From positions 131,748 through 195,747 of the forward strand of contig NZXX01000004.1 of NCBI GenBank assembly GCA_002702065.1: a stretch of DNA of 64,000 bases. The letters run 5' to 3'. Below are positions 56,484 to 64,000 of the stretch, piece after piece; position 1 is the first letter of the stretch, and each line of letters begins with the position of its first letter. The DNA comes from Anaerolineaceae bacterium (lineage in GTDB: Bacteria; Chloroflexota; Anaerolineae; Aggregatilineales; Phototrophicaceae). The notes beneath the pieces are model-generated. The model saw nothing but the letters and a program-made list of their open reading frames with translations, was not told the DNA's origin and ran no database searches. The position numbers and the translations under genes were made by a program.

Positions 56484-57548
56484 ATGGACGTAAAAATCCC
56501 GGCGATGCTCGATCCGCATGTCCACCTGCGCGGCATGGATTGGTCCCACAAGGCGACGTTTGCCAGCGAAACTGCAGCGGCGCTGGCCGGGGGGTATTGG
56601 GCGGTGTTCGATATGCCCAACACCCCACCCTCCACCATCAACCCAACAGCGCTGCAACGTAAGCTGGATGAATTCGGCGAACAGGCGGTGTGTGACTGGG
56701 GCGTCTATTACGGCGCGTCCATGTCGGAAAACTGGCGCATCTACGACGCGGTTGCCGACCAGACCTGCGGGCTGAAAATCTACAACAATCAAACGACCGG
56801 CGTCCTGCTGATCGAGGATCAGGCGGTGCGGGCGCAGCACTACGCTGCATGGCCATCGCACAAGATCATCGCGGTTCATGCCGAGGGCGAAACCGTCCGC
56901 GATATTCTGGCGCTGGTGCGGCAGCACGGCAAACGGACACATTTCTGCCACATCAGTACCGCCGAAGAAATCCGCTACCTCACCGACGCCAAAGAGGAAG
57001 GCCTGCCGGTCACGCTAGGCGTCTGCCCGCATCACCTGTACCTGACCGAAGACGATGTGGCAACGCTGGGACCGCTGGGCATGATGAAGCCGGAACTCAA
57101 GTCCAAAGCGGATCAGGCCGCGTTGTGGGCCGCGCTCGAAGCGGGCATTGTCGATATCGTCGAGTCCGATCATGCGCCGCACACACTGGAGGAAAAATTC
57201 TCCGGCAAACCGACCTATGGCGTGCCCGGCCTCGAAACGACCCTGCCCCTGCTGGCGCTGGCCGTGCATGAAGGCCGGTTGAATACCGCGCACATGATCG
57301 ACCTGATCGCCGAAAATCCGCGCCGCATCTGGGGGCTGAACGCTCCACCGGAGACCTATACCATCGTTGATATGGACGCCCGTTACACGATCACGCGGGA
57401 CAACCTGCACACAAAGTGCGGCTGGTCGCCCTTTGAGGGGATGGAGGTCTATGGCCGGGTGAAATCGGTGGTCATTCGCGGACAGCAGGTGTTCGACGGC
57501 GAGAAGGTTCTCGCCCAGCCAGGCTCAGGGCACAACCTGTATGGCTAG
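56484..57548 (+). CDS. pyrC: Dihydroorotase
   Basis: DPHVHLRG metal-binding motif, ESDHAPH, and MMKPELK (candidate carbamylated Lys region). 354 aa. Confidence 0.9.
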   Translation: MDVKIPAMLDPHVHLRGMDWSHKATFASETAAALAGGYWAVFDMPNTPPSTINPTALQRKLDEFGEQAVCDWGVYYGASMSENWRIYDAVADQTCGLKIYNNQTTGVLLIEDQAVRAQHYAAWPSHKIIAVHAEGETVRDILALVRQHGKRTHFCHISTAEEIRYLTDAKEEGLPVTLGVCPHHLYLTEDDVATLGPLGMMKPELKSKADQAALWAALEAGIVDIVESDHAPHTLEEKFSGKPTYGVPGLETTLPLLALAVHEGRLNTAHMIDLIAENPRRIWGLNAPPETYTIVDMDARYTITRDNLHTKCGWSPFEGMEVYGRVKSVVIRGQQVFDGEKVLAQPGSGHNLYG

Positions 57549-58653
57549 TACGGCCTTCCTGTGGCTGAACCAGGCCGGTTACGCGGCGCTGCGTCCTTTG
57601 ATTTTCCGCAGCTCGGCACAGCATGCCCATGAGCGCATTATGGCTCTGCTGCGCACACTGGATCAGCAGGCGTGGATGACAGGTGTCCTGAGGCAGTTCA
57701 ACCAGTGGGCCTTTGACCCGCAGCCGGTTCAGGTCGGCGGTGTCACATTGCCCTACCCACTCATGCTGGCGGCGGGCTTCGTCAAGGGGGATGGCTTCGC
57801 CGATGAAGATGTCGCGCTGGTCGCGATGTCGCAAGGCCGCAACATCATCCCCGGCTGGCGCAGCATGCCCGCGCTGGTCGGCCCGGTGGAGTTTGGTTCG
57901 TTCACCCGCTGGCCGCGCCTGGGCAACCCCGGCACGGTGATGTGGCGCGATGCGGGGACGCGATCAACGCAAAACCGCGTCGGTCTGCGCAACCCCGGCG
58001 CACGGGCAGCCGCCGCTTTTCTAGCCCAAAACAAAGCTCATCTACCGCCCATATTCGGCATCAATATCGCGGTTAGCCCTGGCGTGGATGACCCGGCCCA
58101 GCAGCAGCAGGAAGTCCTCGAAGCGCTCGATTACTTCCACACAGCTGGTATCACCCCGGCGTGGTTCACCCTGAACATCAGCTGTCCCAACACCGAAGAT
58201 GACCCCGGCGGCCACCAGACCGAAGCCCACACGCGCAGCCTGTGCGCCGCCGTTGCCGGGCAGGTTCAGACGCCGCTGTGGGTCAAGATCAGCCCCGGTC
58301 TGGCCGACGAACAATATGCTATTCTGATGCGCGTCTTCGCCGAAACGGGCGTACAGGCCGTCATCGCCACCAACACCATCAGCCAGCCTGTGCCGGGCCA
58401 GCCAGCCGTCACCGCCGGTGTGGGCGGGGGCCGGTTGCATGAACAGGCGCTTGCAGCAACAATACGTTTACAGCAGGAAAAAACACGCCATCAGTACCCG
58501 GTCGATGTCATCGCCTGCGGCGGCATGCTGGACAGCGCCAGCTACCGGGCCTTTGCCCAGGCGGGCGCGCAGGCCGCGCAGTACTGGTCTGCCCTGATCT
58601 ATCGCGGGCCGTTGGCAGCAGCACTCATCATAAACGAGGATACCCATGCTTGA
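57541..58653 (+). CDS. pyrD: Dihydroorotate dehydrogenase
   Basis: LMLAAGF, NRVGLRNPG and LNISCPNT motifs. It overlaps the pyrC stop by 8 nt. Confidence 0.9.
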   Translation: MASTAFLWLNQAGYAALRPLIFRSSAQHAHERIMALLRTLDQQAWMTGVLRQFNQWAFDPQPVQVGGVTLPYPLMLAAGFVKGDGFADEDVALVAMSQGRNIIPGWRSMPALVGPVEFGSFTRWPRLGNPGTVMWRDAGTRSTQNRVGLRNPGARAAAAFLAQNKAHLPPIFGINIAVSPGVDDPAQQQQEVLEALDYFHTAGITPAWFTLNISCPNTEDDPGGHQTEAHTRSLCAAVAGQVQTPLWVKISPGLADEQYAILMRVFAETGVQAVIATNTISQPVPGQPAVTAGVGGGRLHEQALAATIRLQQEKTRHQYPVDVIACGGMLDSASYRAFAQAGAQAAQYWSALIYRGPLAAALIINEDTHA

Positions 58654-59293
58654 CGCACAAATTGCCAGAGCCTTGCTGCAAATCGAGGCGGTTGGCTTTT
58701 CACCCTACAACCCGATTACTTTCAAGTCCGGCATTCTATCGCCCGTCTATGTGGACAACCGGCGGCTGATCTACTGGCCGGAACAATGGCGGCTCGTGGT
58801 CGAGGGCTTCCGCCAACTGGTCGAACGGGAACAACTGGCCTTCGACGTCATCGCCGGGATCGCGACCGGCGGCGTGCCGCACAGTTCGGCGCTGGCCTAT
58901 GCCATGCAGCGGCCTTCGATCTATATTCGCAGCGAATCCAAAGGCCATGGCAAACAGAACCGCATCGAAGGCGGCGCGGTCGAGGGCAAACGGATCCTGC
59001 TGGTGGAAGACATGATCACCACCGGCGGCAGCAGCCTGAGCGGTGTGGCGGCCCTGCGCGACGCCGGGGCGATTGTCGAGCACTGCCTGACGATCACGAC
59101 CTATGGCTTCCCCATGTCGCGGCAGGCCTTCGAAGCAGCCAACGTCAGACTGCACGCGCTGGCCGAGTTTAAGATCATCGTTAAGGAAGCGCAGAACGCC
59201 GGGCAGTTTGGCGAGGCCGAACGCGCCCTCATCGAAGATTGGCTGGATGACCCGCATCAATGGGCAGAAAGGCAGGAAGATGTCCATCCTTGA
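58646..59293 (+). CDS. pyrE: Orotate phosphoribosyltransferase
   Basis: The PRPP-binding motif is ILLVEDMITTGGS. It overlaps the pyrD stop by 8 nt. Confidence 0.95.
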   Translation: MLDAQIARALLQIEAVGFSPYNPITFKSGILSPVYVDNRRLIYWPEQWRLVVEGFRQLVEREQLAFDVIAGIATGGVPHSSALAYAMQRPSIYIRSESKGHGKQNRIEGGAVEGKRILLVEDMITTGGSSLSGVAALRDAGAIVEHCLTITTYGFPMSRQAFEAANVRLHALAEFKIIVKEAQNAGQFGEAERALIEDWLDDPHQWAERQEDVHP

Positions 59294-60077
59294 AAAGTAT
59301 AACCGGCGTGTGGAAGTCGCCAACTCGCTGCTGTGCGTCGGGCTGGACAGCGCCTTCGAGCGTATCCCCGAACCGTACATCAATCATGAATATCCGTTGT
59401 TTACGTTCAACCGCTGGATTATCGAGCAGACCCACGCCTATGCCAGCGCCTTCAAGCCCAATATGGCCTTCTACGAAGCACGCGGCGACCGGGGCATGCG
59501 TTCGCTGCGCATGACGCTGGAATATCTGCAATTGCATCACCCGGATATTCTGACGATTTGCGACGCCAAACGCGGCGACGTGCCTTCAACCAGCGAAGCT
59601 TATGCCAGTGCGATTTTTGACTGGTTTGGCTTCGACGCGGTGACACTCAACCCGTATCTGGGCAAAGACGCGTTGCAGCCCTTCCTCTCCCGCGAGGACA
59701 AAGTCTGCATTATCCTGTGCCGCACCTCAAATCCCGGCTCTGGCGAACTTCAGGACATGCTCGTCAACGGTCAACCACTGTGGCAAACCGTCGCCCATAA
59801 GGTAGCCAACGAGTGGAACGACAAGCAGAATTGTATGGTGGTAGTGGGGGCGACTTACCCCGATGAGCTAAAGCAGGTCCGCCAGCAGATTGGCGACATG
59901 ACCATACTGCTGCCGGGCATCGGCATGCAGGGCGGTGAGGTTGAACAGGCAGTCCGGGCCGGGGTGAGCGACAGCGGCAACGGCCTGATCGTCAACGCCT
60001 CCCGCAGCATCATCTTTACCGATGACCCCGAAGCCGCCGCCCGTAGCCTGCGCGACGAAATCAATCTGTATCGTTAG
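59280..60077 (+). CDS. pyrF: Orotidine 5'-phosphate decarboxylase (type 2)
   Basis: The start is MSILEKYNRRVEVANSLLCVGLD, with an ICDAKRGDV motif. The ATG at 59280 overlaps the pyrE end by 14 nt. The longer ORF from 59103 is rejected. Confidence 0.9.
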   Translation: MSILEKYNRRVEVANSLLCVGLDSAFERIPEPYINHEYPLFTFNRWIIEQTHAYASAFKPNMAFYEARGDRGMRSLRMTLEYLQLHHPDILTICDAKRGDVPSTSEAYASAIFDWFGFDAVTLNPYLGKDALQPFLSREDKVCIILCRTSNPGSGELQDMLVNGQPLWQTVAHKVANEWNDKQNCMVVVGATYPDELKQVRQQIGDMTILLPGIGMQGGEVEQAVRAGVSDSGNGLIVNASRSIIFTDDPEAAARSLRDEINLYR

Positions 60078-60513
60078 GCCCACGCATCGAATAGGGTCGC
60101 ATGAGGCCGTGCGCCGTCAGCCACGCCTCGTCCGGCCCTTCCCAGCCATACCGCCCGAAATCGACCCGCCCGCGTGAATCGAAAACAACTCCCTCCGCCT
60201 CCAGCCGGGTACGTTGCTGGTCCGCGTCGAAACTGCCTTGCGGCAGGCTGATCATGCCCTGGCTGTTAATCACGCGATGCCAGGGAATGGATGGCTGAGT
60301 TGAGTCGGGCGGGTTGTTCAGGTCATCGCTCATACAGCGGCGCATGGCGTACCCCACCCAGCGCGGCGCAATACGCTCGTAGCTCGGCACATCCATCCCA
60401 TCGGGCGCGGGAATCATGGCCGCGATCTGACCGTATGCCAGCACCTGTCCCGCCGGAATCTGCCAGACGATTCGCCAGACGGTGCGGTCGTAGGTTGTCC
60501 GGTTGACAGGCAT
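60061..60513 (-). CDS. Alkyltransferase-like protein (ATL; MGMT DNA-binding domain with Trp replacing the acceptor Cys)
   Basis: PWHRVINSQG replaces the PCHRV motif. The C-terminal TRLEAEGVVFDSRGRVDFGRYGW resembles E. coli YbaZ. Confidence 0.8.
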   Translation of the reverse strand: MPVNRTTYDRTVWRIVWQIPAGQVLAYGQIAAMIPAPDGMDVPSYERIAPRWVGYAMRRCMSDDLNNPPDSTQPSIPWHRVINSQGMISLPQGSFDADQQRTRLEAEGVVFDSRGRVDFGRYGWEGPDEAWLTAHGLMRPYSMRGPNDTD

Positions 60514-60518
60514 GAGGC

Positions 60519-60980
60519 TTAAAACAGGCTGAGCTGCTGCGGTTCATCCGGCGATGGCGGCGGCGTTTTCATCGAGTGCGGACGCAGCAAACTGCGTTCT
60601 TGCAGCCAGTCATCATCCGGTCCATCCCAGCCAAAGACGTCAAAATCGATCAGGTCCTTGCTGTCGAACCGAACGCCCTCGGCTTCCAGGCGGGTACGCT
60701 GCCGGGTGGCTGGTGCGCTGCCTTCTTCCAGGCTGATGCCGCCTTTACTGTTGATGACGCGGTGCCAGGGTACTGTCGGCTCGTCGCGGAACGTCACCGC
60801 ATTCATGGCATTACCCACCCAGCGCGGCCCGATACGCTGGTAAACATCCGGTTCAATGCCCTCGGGAACAGGGATCATCACGGCGATCTGCCCGAAGGTC
60901 ACGACATGACCCGCCGGCACCTGCCGCACGATGTCCCATACTGTCTGATAGTACGCTGCCTGATCGGGTGGCATCTGCAT
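60519..60980 (-). CDS. Alkyltransferase-like protein (ATL), tandem paralogue
   Basis: PWHRVINSKG motif and TRLEAEGVRFDSKDLIDFDVFGW. It lies 5 nt upstream of the other ATL gene. Confidence 0.8.
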   Translation of the reverse strand: MQMPPDQAAYYQTVWDIVRQVPAGHVVTFGQIAVMIPVPEGIEPDVYQRIGPRWVGNAMNAVTFRDEPTVPWHRVINSKGGISLEEGSAPATRQRTRLEAEGVRFDSKDLIDFDVFGWDGPDDDWLQERSLLRPHSMKTPPPSPDEPQQLSLF

Positions 60981-60991
60981 AGGGACGTTTC

Positions 60992-61753
60992 CTATTGCTC
61001 GCTCAGGGATGCCGCCGCGTCCTGATCCAGCAGCCAGACCAGTTCGCCATCAACTGGCTGGACAAGCTGTGACGGCAGTTCATACGGCTGATGCGGGCCT
61101 TCCAGCACCTTGACCAACGCGCCGGCCTTGGCGGCACCCGACACCAGAAAAGCCACATGGGATGCGTCATTAATCACGGGAAATGTCAGCGAAATACGCC
61201 AGGTATCCAGCTGCGGCACCGGATTCGCCACGACAGCCCGTTCGCGCTCCTTCAGCGCCAGCGTGCCGGGGAACAACGACGCGGTATGCCCATCATCGCC
61301 CAGACCAAGCAGCACCAGGTCAAAGCGAATCTTGCCGCCTGTGCGGGCAAAAAATCGGCGCAGTTCCTGTTCATACTCCGCAGCCGCCTGCGCCGGGTTC
61401 AGTTCGCCCTGAATCCGATGGACATTGCTGCGCGGCAGCGCAACCTGATCGAGCAGCGCCTCACGCGCCATGCGGTAATTGCTGTCGGCATGTTCCGGCG
61501 GGACGTTGCGCTCGTCCCCCCAGAAGATATGCACCTTCGCCCAACCGGGGTGTTGGGCACGCTCCGGCGAAGCCAGCAGTTCGTACAAAGCGCGGGGCGT
61601 ACTGCCACCAGACAGCGCCACCGCAAAGTAATCATGGTCCTCGACGGCCTGATCGTAGCAGCCGAGTACGTAATCAGCCGCCGCCTCGATCAGCGCATCG
61701 TGATCTTTGTAAACGCGGATTTGACCCATCTGTCTTTTCCTCGTCACTAACAA
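60992..61753 (-). CDS. pgl: 6-phosphogluconolactonase
   Basis: VALSGGSTP motif in a NagB/RpiA/CoA-transferase-like fold. The start overlaps the zwf stop. Confidence 0.9.
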   Translation of the reverse strand: MLVTRKRQMGQIRVYKDHDALIEAAADYVLGCYDQAVEDHDYFAVALSGGSTPRALYELLASPERAQHPGWAKVHIFWGDERNVPPEHADSNYRMAREALLDQVALPRSNVHRIQGELNPAQAAAEYEQELRRFFARTGGKIRFDLVLLGLGDDGHTASLFPGTLALKERERAVVANPVPQLDTWRISLTFPVINDASHVAFLVSGAAKAGALVKVLEGPHQPYELPSQLVQPVDGELVWLLDQDAAASLSEQ

Positions 61754-63198
61754 TCATCGTGAAGGCAGCCCACGCGCCATACCCGGCCATCATCACCCAG
61801 CAGTTCATCGGCAGCCTGTGGCCCTTCGGACCCCAGCTTGTAAGTCGATGGCTCTGCCGCCCCATCCGATTCCCATCCTTCGATAATCGGGTCCATCAGT
61901 TCCCACGCCGCTTCGATACCATCGCTGCGCGAGAACAGGGACGCATCGCCCAGCAGCGCATCGAGCAGCAGCCGTTCATAAGCCTCCGGGATAGCCGACT
62001 TGCCGAACGAATCCGCATAGTGGAATTCCATATCCACCGAACGCGAGTTATGCGCCGTATCCGGTTCTTTTGCCTCGAAGGTCAGGTGAATGCCTTCGTC
62101 CGGCTGAACACAAATCGACAGGCTGTTCGACTTAAAGTCGCTGATATGGTCGTTGTCGAACATGCGGTGCGGGGGCTGCCGGAACACCACGTTGATTTCC
62201 GTCACTTTGCGGCTGAGGCCCTTGCCGGAACGCAGGTAGAACGGCACACCCTGCCAGCGCCAGTTATCAATATGCAGCTTGATGGCGCCATAGGTCGGCG
62301 TGTGCGAGTGCGGGTCCACCCCTTTGGTGTCCAGATAGCCCTCATACTGCGCCGCCACCGTATCCAGGATGTCAATGGGCCGGACCGATTTTAGCAGCTT
62401 GACCTTTTCGTTGCGCATCAGGTCGGCATCAAATGATGGCGGCGGCTCCATCGCGATCAGCGTCAGCAGCTGCAGCAGATGATTCTGGAACATATCACGG
62501 AACACGCCGGAGCTGTCGTAGTAGTCGCCCCGGTGTCCCACGTCGACGGTTTCAGAAGCGGTAATCTGCACGCTGTCCACGTAATTGCGATTCCAGACCG
62601 GCTCGAAGATGGCGTTGGCAAACCGCAGAAACATGATATTCTGCGCGGTTTCCTTACCCAGATAATGGTCGATGCGATATACCTGACTCTCGTCGAAAAC
62701 CTCGTGGACCTCGCGGTTCAGCTCCTGCGCCGATTCAAGGTCTGTGCCAAACGGCTTTTCGATGACAATACGGCACCAGCCATCTTCCGACTTTGCCATG
62801 TCCATCGCGCCGATATTCTGCACAATCGGCGCATACAGGTCCGGCGCGACCGACAGGTAATACATGCGGTTGGCAGCGCCGCCTTCCTTCTCCTGAATAA
62901 ACTCCTGAAGCTGGGCCATGTCCTTCTTTTTGCTGGCATCACCCGGTTCGTACCACAAAAACTGAGAGAACTCGTCCCAGTCTTTTTGATCGAAGGAACT
63001 TTCGGAGAATTCCTCCACGCCCTCGCGCATCCGCTCGCGCCATTCTTCGTGGCTGAACTTCGTACGTGAGTTGCCAACGATATTGATCTGTTCTGGCAGG
63101 CGATCCTTGCGGTACAGGTTATAAAGCGCAGGCACCAGTTTACGTTTGGTCAGATCGCCCGATGCACCAAAGATAACGATAGTCGTCGTATCACTCAT
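61747..63198 (-). CDS. zwf: Glucose-6-phosphate 1-dehydrogenase
   Basis: IFGASGDLTKRKL and RIDHYLGKE signature motifs. Confidence 0.95.
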   Translation of the reverse strand: MSDTTTIVIFGASGDLTKRKLVPALYNLYRKDRLPEQINIVGNSRTKFSHEEWRERMREGVEEFSESSFDQKDWDEFSQFLWYEPGDASKKKDMAQLQEFIQEKEGGAANRMYYLSVAPDLYAPIVQNIGAMDMAKSEDGWCRIVIEKPFGTDLESAQELNREVHEVFDESQVYRIDHYLGKETAQNIMFLRFANAIFEPVWNRNYVDSVQITASETVDVGHRGDYYDSSGVFRDMFQNHLLQLLTLIAMEPPPSFDADLMRNEKVKLLKSVRPIDILDTVAAQYEGYLDTKGVDPHSHTPTYGAIKLHIDNWRWQGVPFYLRSGKGLSRKVTEINVVFRQPPHRMFDNDHISDFKSNSLSICVQPDEGIHLTFEAKEPDTAHNSRSVDMEFHYADSFGKSAIPEAYERLLLDALLGDASLFSRSDGIEAAWELMDPIIEGWESDGAAEPSTYKLGSEGPQAADELLGDDGRVWRVGCLHDDC

Positions 63199-63233
63199 TT
63201 GCGTCTTCCTCGATGATTACAACAGAAACGGTT

Positions 63234-63965
63234 TCATCCACGCTGCATGGAACGAATGCCACCGGCACTGGCAATAATGACCGCAGTCGCCAGGTTCAGA
63301 AACAGCCCATGCTCGACAATACCAGCGCGTGCTTTCATCCGGTCGGCCAGGTGCTGTGCGTCATCAATCGGCCCAAAATTGCAATCCAGAATCAGATTGC
63401 CCTGGTCCGTCTCATACACCTTGCCATTGCGTTCGCGCAGGGTCACCTGTGCGCCCAGCGATTGCAGATAGGCCGCCTGCGACTGCCAGCCAAAGGGTAT
63501 GACTTCGACGGGTACGGCCCAGGTTGTGCCCAGCCGGTCTACCAGCTTGGATTCATCAACCACGATGATTTCACGCTTGCTGGCCTGGGCCACGATTTTT
63601 TCGCGCAGCAGCGCGCCGCCCCCGCCTTTGATGAGGTTCAGCTGGGGATCAACTTCGTCTGCCCCGTCAATGGTCAGGTCGATCTCTGGCTGTTCGTTGA
63701 GGGTCGTCAGCGGAATCCCAAGCTGACGCGCTTCCTGCTCGATGTGCAGGGATGCCGGAATGCCGACAATATCGGTCAGCTGCCCGGTTTGCACCAGTTC
63801 GCCGATGCGCCGCACCGCCCAGAGCGCTGTACTGCCCTCGCCTAACCCAACCACCATACCCGATTCGACAAATTCAACGGCCCGGTAGGCCGCCTGCTGT
63901 TTCAGCAGCCCTACTGCATCTGTCACAGAATTATCCCTTACTGAGTTGAGCAAAACGGGGCGCAT
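63234..63965 (-). CDS. rpiA: Ribose-5-phosphate isomerase A
   Basis: GLGEGSTA, DGADEVD and KGGGGALLREK motifs. Confidence 0.9.
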   Translation of the reverse strand: MRPVLLNSVRDNSVTDAVGLLKQQAAYRAVEFVESGMVVGLGEGSTALWAVRRIGELVQTGQLTDIVGIPASLHIEQEARQLGIPLTTLNEQPEIDLTIDGADEVDPQLNLIKGGGGALLREKIVAQASKREIIVVDESKLVDRLGTTWAVPVEVIPFGWQSQAAYLQSLGAQVTLRERNGKVYETDQGNLILDCNFGPIDDAQHLADRMKARAGIVEHGLFLNLATAVIIASAGGIRSMQRG

Positions 63966-64000
63966 GATCGCTGCGCCCCATCGTAGGTGTTTCCCGGAAC

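Overview
This is a 64-kb, mostly high-GC (roughly 60% by eye) chromosomal segment, densely packed with housekeeping and carbohydrate-metabolism genes. All family calls come from motif recognition by eye in the supplied translations and my own reading of the DNA. No database search was run.

Recognisable content:
- RNase J and a type-A RNase P RNA (rnpB).
- A transglutaminase-like envelope protein and a GT-C glycosyltransferase.
- A sugar ABC importer.
- Six Gfo/Idh/MocA oxidoreductases, including one tandem duplicate pair.
- nagA and msrA.
- The first three genes of the alpha-aminoadipate (AAA) lysine pathway: homocitrate synthase and the homoaconitase large and small subunits.
- A heterodimeric ABC exporter.
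- A kbl-SGNH-tdh threonine-catabolism operon.
- purB.
- A contiguous pyrB-C-D-E-F operon.
- Two tandem alkyltransferase-like (ATL) genes.
- A zwf-pgl-rpiA pentose-phosphate block.

Gene content fits a Chloroflexota-like or Deinococcus-Thermus-like lineage, but taxonomy cannot be assigned from this window. I found no CRISPR array, transposase, integrase, rRNA or tRNA.

Most interesting signals:
1. The roughly 280-nt leader upstream of homocitrate synthase carries two serial Lys-codon mini-ORFs. Each has a complete 1:2 / 2:3 / 3:4 terminator-antiterminator architecture, so this looks like a duplicated lysine attenuator.
2. An uncharacterised sugar locus encodes a galactokinase-like GHMP kinase fused to a GalU-like nucleotidyltransferase, an enolase-superfamily dehydratase, three Gfo/Idh/MocA oxidoreductases and a 632-aa protein of unknown function.
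3. There are two low-GC insertions: a membrane-protein block at the left edge, and a single membrane-anchored WD40 gene flanked by an 8-bp direct repeat.
4. Several enzyme paralogues have altered catalytic motifs: PurN-like, PAP2-like, ATL x2, and PyrD with a Cys base.

I see no clear defence or mobile system. The claims of novelty are hypotheses that need database and experimental checks.
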